Source: the human T2T-CHM13v2.0 reference genome, Homo sapiens
Direction: 5' to 3' (one strand)
Length of the DNA stretch: 64,000 nt
NCBI RefSeq assembly: GCF_009914755.1
Contig: NC_060925.1
Below, piece after piece: positions 25,833 through 38,989 of this stretch. The stretch's first letter is position 1, and each line of letters opens with the position of its first letter. The notes under the pieces were generated by a model. It made no database searches. It had not been told where the DNA came from and saw only the letters and a program-made list of their open reading frames with translations. The position numbers were made by a program, and so were the translations under genes.

Positions 25833-28187
25833 CAGCCAGTGAGCATCCATAGAAAGCTCCTAAGGAGATGAGTGGCATACATTTGAGGGCAGTATGGAAT
25901 GGAGAGCAAACCATAGTCTGGCAAACTGGACCATCAGAGAGAATCCTCCTTCTCATAATGTCCTTTTAGCTACCTAGAGTAATCTTTCTCCTCTTATAGT
26001 TGTCTGGAATTATCCTTTTTTATTTGTAGACTATGAACACCTCGTTCCTGGTACATAGGATAGGGCTGATGTGTTGAACAGATGAGTGAGTGAATGAATA
26101 AAAGAATGAACAGCTGGTTTCCTCTCTGCATGACCTTGGCCAGATCCTTAATGTAACATATCAAACTATAATTTGATAGAGTTTGTTGAGTAGTGGTTTA
26201 CATAGCACATTCACCACCTTTAGCTCATTTGATCCTTACTGCAATCCAAACAGGTGGATAATTATATGACTATTTTATAAGTGAGAAAGCTGAGGCTCAG
26301 AGATTAAATGTCCTCTTTTGTATTTATCCTATTTGGTCATCAGTTTCCTAATCAGTGAAAAAAGAGAAAAATACATCCTAGTTTTCTTACCTCACTGGTT
26401 TGTAGTGAGGCTCAAACCACTGTCAACTAAAAAGCACTGTGAACAAAAGGCAAGATCCTGATAATGCTTTGCTTGCTGAGAACTTAGCATTAATTACCTT
26501 TTTTCATGAGAATTTTTCAGGTGGGTATGAAAAAGTGGGTATGATATCCAAAATTTACTGATGGAGGAACTAAGGCTCCAGGCCCAAGGTCACTAAACTA
26601 TTAAGGGATAAAATCAATGTTTAACTCTAAAACCCATATTCTTTTCTCTATATCATAAGATCTTTCCTTCAACAGGACACTCCTGTTATAATAATGCATT
26701 CTTTGTTTTTATTTTTCCTCCAAAGACTAGAGATATTAGCTGTGGCATATTGCATGTGTAAACACAATTTCTTCAAGAGAGTCAGGTTGCTAGCCTGTTC
26801 TATGTGATTCTTTAGAGAACTACGTAAGGCAAGGAAGGGTTTTCAGAGGCAAATGGGTATATGTACTAGAGGCCAGAAAAGTGGTTTCCTCTAGACAACA
26901 TGGCTAAGACTGGGCCTGCCCATGAGTCTAAAGCCGCACACAAAGTTTCTAAGATAAGCAGGGCTACAAAAGGCCTGTGAAATGCTGCCTATTGAAATGC
27001 AGGTCTCACAAAATAATCTATAGCTCCCTTGTCTCCTCAGGGCCTGCAGGTCTGGGCTTTGTTCCTAGGTACACAGATGAGTCCTTTATTATATTGTTTA
27101 AACAAGAAAATTATGGTTCCCTGAAGGGAAAAGGCTTGGATCTGAGCTTAACTTTTTATCAATCATGTTAATTTGGAAATAAGTTATTGGTTTGACTTTG
27201 CATTCATCAGAGTAAAGGGTGGACTGTGTTCCTTTGGTCTCCTTTGTCCTTAATTAACAGCCATTGAATACCCATATTAATTAGTGGGGCTGAGAGATAT
27301 TTTGCCTCACCCTTCACCATGGTGGGTAATTAAAAGTCCCATTAATAAAATAGTTGCACTCTTAATTTCTATAAACCTATTATTAAAACAATAATATGAT
27401 TATAGAGTAACTTCCCTTCCTCTCCCAGCCTCCTTTCACTGTTTTTGTCCGTTTCCACAAAGTTCTTAGAATTGTACAGGAAGGACAGGCTCACACATAT
27501 TATATGTGCTAACTTTGGATCTAATCACTTAGGGTATATAATTAACAGAATAAAACAAACAAAAGTGTTCCTGAGAAGTGAAGAAGAGACCCACTAGAAC
27601 TAGAAATGTGATGTGGTTTTACAGGCCTGGAACTCCTGCCTCTTTTGGAATTAATGTCAAGGAAAATGAAAACCTTTGTTCTCAATTGGACTGGAAATAT
27701 CCATAAAGGGTTCCAAATTGGATGCTCTGACATCTTTTGCTCAACTAAATTTAGCAAATATTGTTAAGTATACATTTTGTGTTGAGCACAATGCATGAGA
27801 GATACAGAGATGAATCAGAAACAGCCTCTGCCCTCTCAAAGAGTTTGCTATCTGGTGGAATGGAAAGTTCCTTAAACAGTCAACTCAGATACAAAGAAGG
27901 TCCTGTACATTAAGGGAAGGACGAAGTCTCCACTTACAAAACATTCTCTAAATCAATGTCTCCCACTGTCCAACAGACTAGACTTGGCATTTCCTCCAGA
28001 TTCTCCCACCACACCGTGTACTTCTCCAATTATATCACCTAGCACAAGATGCACATTTAGTCCATAATGCAGGAAAGCTTCATTATGACAGCAACTAAGT
28101 TTGTCTTAGTCAGTTTAGTATTCTCAATGCTGGCATACTATGTGTATGTAATAAATATCTGTTGAGTAAATGAATGAAAGGGCACTT

Positions 28188-29397
<1,210 letters not shown>

Positions 29398-30237
29398 AAA
29401 AGGGCATTTTAGTATTAGCCAACTATGCTAATATGAATAGTAACCTTACACAGACAGAACCAAAGCTCTAAAAGACACCTTCTTTCACTACTTGATACTC
29501 ACAACAGCCCTTGTACTATTATGAAAAAAACCTGAGATGCAACAATGATAAGTTGGTGAGGTAACACCACAACCCAGAGTACCTGACGTTAAACTCACTG
29601 CTCTTTTTATTACTGCTTCAATTTCCTACTCATTATTGGTCTGTCCAGGATTTTTATTTCTTCCTGGTTCAATCTTAGGAGGTTGTATGCTTCCAGAAAT
29701 TCATCCATTTCCTCCATGTTTTCTAGTTTGTGAGAGTTTGTCCACAGTATTCTCTAATTATCTTTTGTATTTCTATGTTATCAGTTGTAATACCTTTCTC
29801 ATTTCTGATTATGTTACTTGTGTCTTCTCATTTTCTTGGTTAGTGTAGCTAGCAGTTTATCAATTTTAACTTTTTAAAGAACCAGTTTTTCATTTCATAA
29901 TGCTCTGTATTTTTTTGGTCCCAATTTCATTTTATTCTGCCCTGATCTTTGTTATTTCTTTTTTTTTTCTGGTAGCTTTGTGTTTAGTTTGTTCTTGTTT
30001 TTCTAGTTCCTTGAGGTAACATTATATTGTTAATTTATGATCTATTTTTTGATTTAGACAATGCTATAAACTTCCATCTTATCACCACTTTTGCTGTATT
30101 TCACAGATTTTAGTATATTGTGTTTCCATATTCATTCATTTCAAAATTTTTTTTTAATTTCTATATTAATTTCATCATTGACCCAAAGATCATTCAGGAG
30201 CATGTTGTTTAATCTCCATGTATTTGCACAGTTTTGA

Positions 30238-30560
<323 letters not shown>

Positions 30561-31320
30561 TTGGTATTGATTTCTAAGTTTATTCTTCTGTGGTCTGAGA
30601 AGACACTTGATATAATTTCCATTTTAAAAAATTTACTGATACTTGTTTTGTGACCTAATATATGGTCTATGGAGAGTAAGTATATTTCATGGGCTGATGA
30701 TCAAAACATACATTCTGCAATTGTTTTATCAAATGTTCTTCAAATGTCTGTTAGGTCCATTTGGTCTAAAGTCCATTTTTTGTCCATGTTTCTTTGTTGA
30801 TTTTCTGTCTCAATGGTCTGTTTATTGCTGTTAGTAGGATGTTGAGGTCCTCCATTATTATTATATTGCTGGTTATCTTTCTTTATGTCTAGTAATACTT
30901 GTTTTATGAATCTGGGTGCTCCTGTACTAGGTGCATATATACTTAGGGTTGTTATATTCTGTTTTTGAATTGATCTCTTTATCATTATATACTGACCTTT
31001 CTTGTCTTTTTTTTACCATTTTTGATTTACAGTCAGTTTTATTTGATATAAGAAGAGCTTCTCCTGCTCATTTTTGGTTTCCATTTACATAGAATATGTT
31101 TTTCACCCCTATACTTTCAGTGTATATGTGTTTTTACAAGTGAGGTGACTTTCTTGTAAGCAGCATATAATTGGATCATGATTTTATTTCCATTCATCCA
31201 GTCTATATTTTTTAAGTGGATGATTTAATCCATTTACATTCAAGGTTAATATTGATATGTGAGGTTTTGTTCCTGTAATATTGTTAATTGTTATCTAATA
31301 TTTTGTAGATTCTGTTTCTT

Positions 31321-31405
31321 GTTTGTTTTTTTTTCTAGACACAGAGTCTTGCTCTGTCACCCAGGTGGGATGGAGTGCAATGGCTTGATTATAGCTCCCC
31401 ACAGC
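31321..31405 (-). mobile_element. AluJ 3' fragment (abruptly interrupted)
   Basis: poly(T) then 'agacacagagtcttgctctgtcacccagg...tggagtgcaatggcttgattatagctc...cagcc'. Confidence 0.85.
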
Positions 31406-31568
31406 CAAGTTAGAGATCAAGTAAGAGACAGACTTGTATACTGAGGGGACTGTACACAGTTTACTTTTTTGTGGAGCAGAATCTAAAGAACAAAGTCTTG
31501 GCAGGCTGTGTAGGTTTTGTAAAGGAGTATGATCTTTATTTCATAGATAATTGGGAATCATTGATCTG

Positions 31569-31868
31569 TTTTTTTTTTTTTTGAGTCAGGGTATTTCTCT
31601 GTCTCCCAGGCTAGACTGCAGTGGTGTGATAATAGCTCACTATAGCCTTTAACTCCAGGGCTCAACTGATCCTCCCACCTCAGCAATGGAGTAGCTGGTA
31701 CTACAGGCATATACCACCATAACTGGCTAATTGTTTAATTTTTTTTTCTGCAGAGATGGAGTCTTGCTTTTTTGCCCAGGCTGGTATTGAATTCCTAGCT
31801 TCAAGTGATCATCCCACTTCCACCTTCCAAAATGTCGAGATTGAAGGTGTGAACCACCACACTTGGCC
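31569..31868 (-). mobile_element. AluJ, near full length
   Basis: 'ttgagtcagggt...atagctcactatagcctttaactccagggctcaa...ttgcccaggctgg...gaaccaccacacttggcc'; AluJ diagnostics. Confidence 0.9.
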
Positions 31869-32516
31869 TCTTTTTATTCCTATGTCTGTTTGTCTTTGTG
31901 GTTTTGCGGAGTTCTGTTATGTTTCCATTTGATTATTTTCTCTTCCTCTTTTGTGTAATTGTTTTATAAGACCTTTCATGTTTTATACTTTGATGTGTTT
32001 TTATGAATGTGAATATTGATCTTTTATTTCCATGTTTAGAACTCCTTTGAGCATTTCTTGTAGGACTGGTCTAGTGATGATGAAGTCTCTCTGTATTTGT
32101 TTGTCTAGAATTGACTTTATTCCTCCCTCATTTATGAAGTTTATTCTAGTTGGATATAAAATTCATGACTAACACTCTTTTTCTTTTAGCACTTTGAAAA
32201 TGGGATCCCATTCTTTTCTGGTTTGTAAGGTGTCTGCTGAGAAGTCTGCTCTTAGTGTAATGGGGTTTCCTTTATTGGTGACTAGATGCTTTTCTCTTGC
32301 TGATATTAGATTTTTCTTCTTCATATTGACTTTACACACTCAGATGACTACATGTTGTATAAAGTCAATTTTGCAATGTATTTTCCGGGTGATCTTGGAC
32401 CTCTTGTATCTAGATATCTAAATCTCTTGCTAGACTAGGGAAATTTTTGTCAATTCTTTTCCTAAATAAGCTTTCTAAACTTTTTTTCTTCTTTGGGAGT
32501 ACTGAAGATTTGTAAG

Positions 32517-32895
32517 TGATATGGTTTGGCTGTGTCCCCACCCAAATCTCATCTTGAATTGTAATCTCCATGATCATCATGTATCTAGGGAGAGATCTGG
32601 TAGGAGGTGATTAGATCATGGGGACAATTTCCCCCATGCTGTTCTTGTCATAGTGAGTGAGTTCCCACAAGATCTGATGGTTTCATAAGGGGCTTTTCTC
32701 ACTTCGCTCCTCATTCTTCTCTCTCCTGCCGCCATGTGAAGAAGGTCCTTGCTTCCTCTTTGCCTTCCACCATGATTGTAAGTTTCCTAAGGCCTCCTCA
32801 TCCATATGGAACTGTGAGTCAATTAAACCTTTTTCCTATGTAAATTACCCAATCTCAAGTACTTCTTTACAGAAGTATGAAAATGGACTAATACA
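32517..32895 (+). mobile_element. THE1D-like MaLR solo LTR nested in L1
   Basis: tgatatggtttggctgtgtccccacccaaatctc...aaatggactaataca; perfect 5-bp TSD gtaag (32512-32516, 32896-32900). Confidence 0.95.
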
Positions 32896-33333
32896 GTAAG
32901 TTTGGTCACTTTATATAGTTGCATACTTCTCAAGGCTTTGTTTATTCTTTTTCATTCTTTTTTAAAATTTTGTATGACTGGATTAATTTAAAAAACCTGT
33001 CTTCAAGTTGAGAGTCTTTCTTCTGTTTGGTCTAAGTCTGCATTTTGTAATTCCTTAATGAATTTTTCATTTTCAGAAGTTTTGTTTGTTTGTTTGAATA
33101 TATCTGTCTCCTTGGTAAATTTCTCACTCATATTCTGAATTGACTTTCTGATTTCTTTGTATTGGTTTTCAGATTTCTCTTGCACCTCATTGAGATTCTC
33201 TGAAATCAATAAGTTTTTTATCTGGCATTTCAGAATTTCTTTTGGTTAGGATCCATTACTAGAAAATTACTGTTTCCTTTGGGGGTGTTATAATACCTTG
33301 TTTTTTCATACTTTCTGTATTACATTGATTTCT

Positions 33334-33480
33334 TCATAACTGAAGAAATCATAACTATTTCTTCTTATTTTTGAATTTACTTTTGGTGGGGTGAGACTTT
33401 TTTTGTCATAACTGAAGAAATCATAACTATATAGCTTCTTATTTTTGAATTTACTTTTGGTGGGGTGAGACTTTTTTGTC
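33334..33480. repeat. Two-copy tandem duplication, about 72 bp
   Basis: 'tcataactgaagaaatcataactat..cttcttatttttgaatttacttttggtggggtgagactttttt(t)g' starting at 33334 and 33406. Confidence 0.95.
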
Positions 33481-33503
33481 TTGAGGATGTTATTATAATG
33501 TAT

Positions 33504-33855
33504 TTTTTGTTTGTTTTTGTTGTTTTTGAGACAGGATCTCACTCTTTTGCCCATTGGTTTTTGTTGTTTTTGAGACAGGATCCCACTCTTTTGCTCAGGC
33601 AGGAATACAGTGGCATGATCTTGGCTCACTGCAGCCTTGACTTCCCCAGGCTCAAGCAATCCTCCTATCTCAGCCTCTCAAGTAGTTGGAACTACAAGCA
33701 CACGTCACCATGCCCAGCATTTTTTTTGTCTTTTTAGTAGAGATGGGGTTTTGTCATGTTTTCCAGTCTGGCCTCAAACTTCTGAGCCCAAGTAATCTAC
33801 CTGCTTTAGCCTCCCAAAGTGCTGAAATTACAGGCACAAGCCACTGTGCCTGGCC
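33504..33855 (-). mobile_element. AluJ with a 44-bp tandem duplication of its 3' end and tail
   Basis: 'gtttttgttgtttttgagacaggatc(t/c)cactcttttgc(c/t)ca' twice (period 44; 'gagacagg' at 33528 and 33572), then Alu body to 'ccactgtgcctggcc'. Confidence 0.92.
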
Positions 33856-35057
33856 CGATGTATGTTCGTAGGGCCTTTTGGCTTTGTTTCTGTGTTGTAC
33901 ATTCAGTGGCAAAGAACTCTGTATAATTTCCTTGTTTATAAATAGCTTTACTGTGGTGGCTTTCCCAAATGCCAGTTTTATGAGTGTTGTATCATGCTCG
34001 TGGTTTACCATGAGCAGGCTCATGACCTCCTGAGTAGCTGGGGTTGTGTGAGCAACAGTGGTAGCAGAGGTCAAGAGAAACTTATCTCTTTCCCAACCAT
34101 GGTACACTTTGTGTTGGCAGATGTTGTATTAGGCTGTGCAGGTCAACCTCCAGGCCAGTAGGTGGTTCTTGCAGTTAAGAGTTTGTTACAGGGGTAGCAG
34201 TAGAGTTTATGCTAAATCCCTGTTAACCAGGAAAGGTACTCAGGTGTTACAGACAATGCTGCTGTGCTGAGGTGCCGGCCTGGGCGGGAACAGGTATTGC
34301 TGGCCTTTAAGCCAGGCAGTTGGGACTGGAACCCACCTTCCTTCCCTCTCAAGATGCAGTGGGGCTCAATCACCTGTCCTGACCAAGGGAGCTTTTCGGG
34401 ATATTCAGTAAAAAGTCACACATTGTTTACTTTCAGTCTACAAGGCTGCCCTGGACCATAAAACTTGCTACCCAGGCCAAAACCATGCCTCTCAGGCAAA
34501 TATCTTCCTTCTCTAGTCCCATGAAAGGGAGCCCAAGTTCATCATCCATGGCTAGAGTCCACACTATATTCATTTCTTGGTTCTGGCTGTGGGAGCCCCT
34601 CCCCCATTCAAGACACAATATTCCAATCCCTGGCCTGAGGCTTCCTAATGCCAGTGGATGCTGCTGCTGCTAGGTCATAGTATGCCACCCAGCTTGTTAT
34701 GAGCTGAGATTGAGAATGGTGTCCACACCCAGCTCTGGGAAAACATTTGGTGTGCTTTCTGGCGCCATGTCTTCTCACAGTCTTCTGATTGCTTCCCAAG
34801 TTAGATCCAGGGATTGGGAGGGTCAAGGTGCTCTCCTGTGGCCTGGATTGCTTAGTTGCCCAGTGGAAAGGTGCATGACAGAGGGATACTCACACTCCCT
34901 CTCTCGTATTGGGGCTTCACTCGCAGTTTTCTGCTGGATTATACAATGCAGACTACTTTCCCACTTTCTCTTTCCCAGTGTCTGAAGTTTTCTTTTGTTT
35001 TTCTGTCAAATTCCTACATTATTTCTTGGATAAAAGTTCATGATGTGAATCTTTTAT

Positions 35058-35363
<306 letters not shown>

Positions 35364-35794
35364 AACGGTGTGAATCTTTACAAGCTATTTTGTTTCTTCC
35401 AAGTGGGTGAGGTATGCTGGAAAAGCATTGTTTGCCATATCACGGTTTTTTGATAAGTTTTTAAAAACTTGCGTTTTTTTTTTTTCTAGTTACCTGACCA
35501 TTTCTTCTAAGTTTCTTGGCCTATCCTAAGGAATAAATATAGTTCTAAGCCTTCAGCCTTGCTTTTTGTCTTCTCCTATTATATTTGGCCCGTCTACCTA
35601 TTTCTGAGGAGACAAACAACTAATTAGAGTAAATTCCAATCTGCACATATGTGCTTGGTATGAATTTGTAAAACTATAAGAACTCAGTTTACATGCACAC
35701 AGAAAAAAGTTACTCTGCCACTGTCAACATCATGAACATCAGCTTTGTCTTCCACTTCTGTGTCCTTCACTTCACTTCTGTCATTATCATCATT

Positions 35795-36022
35795 GTTAAC
35801 ATTTATTAAGTGCTTCCTATATGCCGGGACCAGTGTTAAATATCTGTCATCATATTTAATCCTTACAGCTACTAAAAGTACCATTATTATGCCCATTTTT
35901 CTGATGAGGAAACGGATGCAGAGAGGTTACACAACTTACAAGAGCTAAAAATGACAGAATACAGAGTTGAACCTATAGTTGTTTAATTTCAAAGATCAAA
36001 CTTTTAACCACAATGCTATATT
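35795..36022 (-). mobile_element. MIR SINE
   Basis: 'aacatttattaagtgcttcctatatgccggg...tttaatccttacagc...cccatttttctgatgaggaaacggatgcagagaggtt...cttttaaccacaatgctata'. Confidence 0.85.
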
Positions 36023-36134
36023 ATCAGCAGCAAGACTACTTTTGTATCTGATATTTTCTCTATAGAAAGTATCTGAAGATTACAAACTAAGAAGATCTAT
36101 GAAAACAGGAGAGCAGGAAGTATCCCTCCAAATG

Positions 36135-36500
36135 ATAGAAAGTCTCAGGATTACTGAAAGGGGCATCAGAAATTATTTCATTTGGCTGTCCTCTTAAACA
36201 GAAAAACCGTGTACGGCATCTGTATGTGCCTTTCTAGTGGCAGGAACCTTACACTACTCATTGAGACAGCCTTCTTCATTACTGGGAAGATCTCATTTTT
36301 ATCCCTATAGAAAAGTAAAATCTGCTTTCTTATGTAGACTACTAGTCTAGTCCTATTCTCTTGAAACAGTCAAAACACACTTAGTCTCCTGGCACCATAA
36401 TTGGCTTTTAGAATTTTTAACATTCTCCTCCCTGAACCTTCTCTCCAGACTAATTAGTTCAGTTCTCCTTGGCTGGTTAATATTTAACCACGATGTTCAA
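36135..36500 (-). mobile_element. CR1/L3 LINE relic
   Basis: 'gtggcaggaacctt..actactcattgagacagccttcttcatt...aaatctgctttct...cctgaaccttctctccagactaa' resembles antisense L3. Confidence 0.45.
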
Positions 36501-36999
36501 CTCTCTCTGATCCAGATACTGCATTAAAAACTCCTACATCCAGTGTTGTAGTTGGCAATTAGTCCTTGTCTTGACCCTGGTCTTTCCCTTGCTGTTTGTT
36601 ATAAACAGCTATCTCAGTCTATTCCCTTGCTCCTCCTCAGAGCTGCATCCCTGTCCCATAGCCATGATATGTGGGGAGGCAAGTGTGACTACTTGATGCT
36701 GGAGGGCAGATATGACAAGCTCTGGTGAAACGCTAAAAAAGCAGCCTCCTTAGAAGACTTCCATGGGGAGACATGGTCATTTCTGCAGTTCCTGTGTACT
36801 CAGGATTCTTTTACCTTGGGTAAAGGCATGAAAACAAGGCAGGCAGGGTGCCTCCTGCATCTGCTCAGATTTCTGCCTAGGGCCTGCTCACCACTTAATT
36901 TGTGTGGGTACTGTCTTTCCTTGATCTTCTCCTTTCCATGTTTTCCCACTTTCCCACTTCTACCCTTATCTTCCTACCCCAAGCTCATTTCAGATACTT

Positions 37000-37827
37000 T
37001 GTAAAAAAACCAAAAGAACCTAAACTGTGTTTCTTCCTACTTTACTCTCATTCCACAGAATGCTTTTGACAACAGCTGTCTAGGGGTTTACCCCTACATA
37101 CATCAAGGAAGCAATCAATTCTGCAATGGATTATCAAGTAAATACCAGCTAGGTGTCCTCTAATTTGATTCTGATACTATCTGAAGATAGTGTCAGATCC
37201 CACAGGTTGAGGGCTCAGTACTACAAGACTGCCCCTCTAATTTCAGATGCCAATCGAAAGCACAGGTTGTGGCCTGCACTTCTGACTGACTGGCTATAAA
37301 CCAAGGTTCCTATAAACCCTCTTTGAGTTCAGTTAATTTGCTTCAGTGGCTCACAGCACTGAGAGAAACAGATTTACTCATTTATTATAACGGGTGTTAC
37401 AAAGGATACAGATGAATAGACAGATGGAAGAGGTGCATAGGACAAGGCATTTGGGAAGGGATGCAGGGCCACCTCCATGTGCTTAGCAATCTGTAAACTC
37501 CCTGAACCCAGCCTTTTTGGATTTTTATGGAAACTTCATTACATAGGCATGATTGATTAAATCATTAGCCATTGGTGCTCAGCTTAACCTTCAGCCCCTC
37601 TCCCCTCCCTGGAGGTTGGGGGGTGGGGTTAAAAAGCCCAACCTTCTAATTGCAACTTGATCTTTCCTGTGAACATCCCCCATTTGGAAGCTACCTAGGT
37701 GCTGTCAGCCACCTCATTAACATACAAAAGGCACTCTTATTCTTATTGCCCCAGATAGTCCAACGGTTTTAGGAGATGGATATCAGGAAAAAAGAGGGAG
37801 ACTAAATCTATATATCCTGATAGCACA
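37000..37827 (-). mobile_element. MER21-family LTR
   Basis: 'gatagtgtcagatcccacaggttgagggctcagt...ttcagatgccaatc...gactggctataaa...ttcattacataggcatgattgattaaatcattagccattggt...ttcagcccctctcccctccctggaggttgggggg'. Confidence 0.85.
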
Positions 37828-38989
37828 GATATATTCCCTTAGAGAAAAGGGCTCTATATTAGATGGGCTTGAAAGATCCACCATCTCCATTCTCACTTTT
37901 GAACCTTTATCCCCTTCCCATTTTCCTTGGATCTGGAAGCACTCTGGGCAACAACTCCTCTTCTTGGACTTGGTCCTGCATCCCCTGTTAACTTTCTGTT
38001 CACTCCATATTCTCTTAACTTGGCTGGAGTTCATTTTATTCCCTTGCTGGGGAGCACCTTACGTATTAGTCTAATTTAAAAATAAGGAATTGACATATCA
38101 GAAACCTTAGTGAGTTGCTCAAGGTGGCGTAGCTTAAAAATGACAGTGTTAGGATTTGAATTCTTGACAGGTCAAAAAACTTTCACAATATTTTACAATT
38201 CTGGTCATGTTCCACTTTGTCAAAGTCCTTTTTAATGTGCAATGAATAAAGCTTAATGCAATTTCTTAGAATGTGTGTGACTGTACTGAAGTGCAAAAAC
38301 ATCTGTGTTCAACAAATAAGAAATTGCTTCTTAAATTTTATTTAAAATGCAATGACATTTCATGCCAGATCTTTAAAAAACAAAAATTAAATGTCATTCA
38401 AGAAGTCATTACAGCTTTGTTACCAAATAAATTTGTTTGAAATTTCTTGTATAAAGTTGAATCTAATTTTACAACTTTTTAATTAAGTAATCCTCAGCAA
38501 TTTACACTGAGGATTTGCTCTCCCTCCTGCCTTCCCAAAGGGCTGGTTAGACTTGGTAAATTTAAATTTGATAACAGTTTCCTGAATTTGTGCTCTATTC
38601 CCAGCCAGAAAGAGAGCACATGTATATACGAAATGAGTGTGGGAGAGATGGAAAATCCCATCCCATCTCATTAGCAACCAATGAGTACCAAAAAAAAAAG
38701 TACAATGAATGAGAATTCATTATAGTAACAACCAACAGAAGAGTACAGTAACACTTTAATTCCCTCAGGAGATGCTATCCATCAAAGGGCTCTCCTTAGC
38801 AGTAGAATAACTGCTAATGCACAGCTGCGTTTGTATAAATGAAACATTGTGAGTGAGAGTTGTATTTAAGAAGAGCTATTGCTAAAATATAAAACTCAGA
38901 TAAGATGTTCAATTGAAATGAGAACTTAGATGGAAATCAATAGTTGTTTAATGATGAATAATTCATTCATTATTCCAGGAGCATTTCGC

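Noticed and set aside
30740-30985. ORF with endonuclease-like motif
   Set aside because: Fossil L1 ORF2 APE domain, broken by stops, frameshifts and insertions; not a functional or domesticated gene on this evidence.
36545-36990. GC-richer segment that may be another old LTR
   Set aside because: I could not match it to a family with any confidence without a repeat library search.
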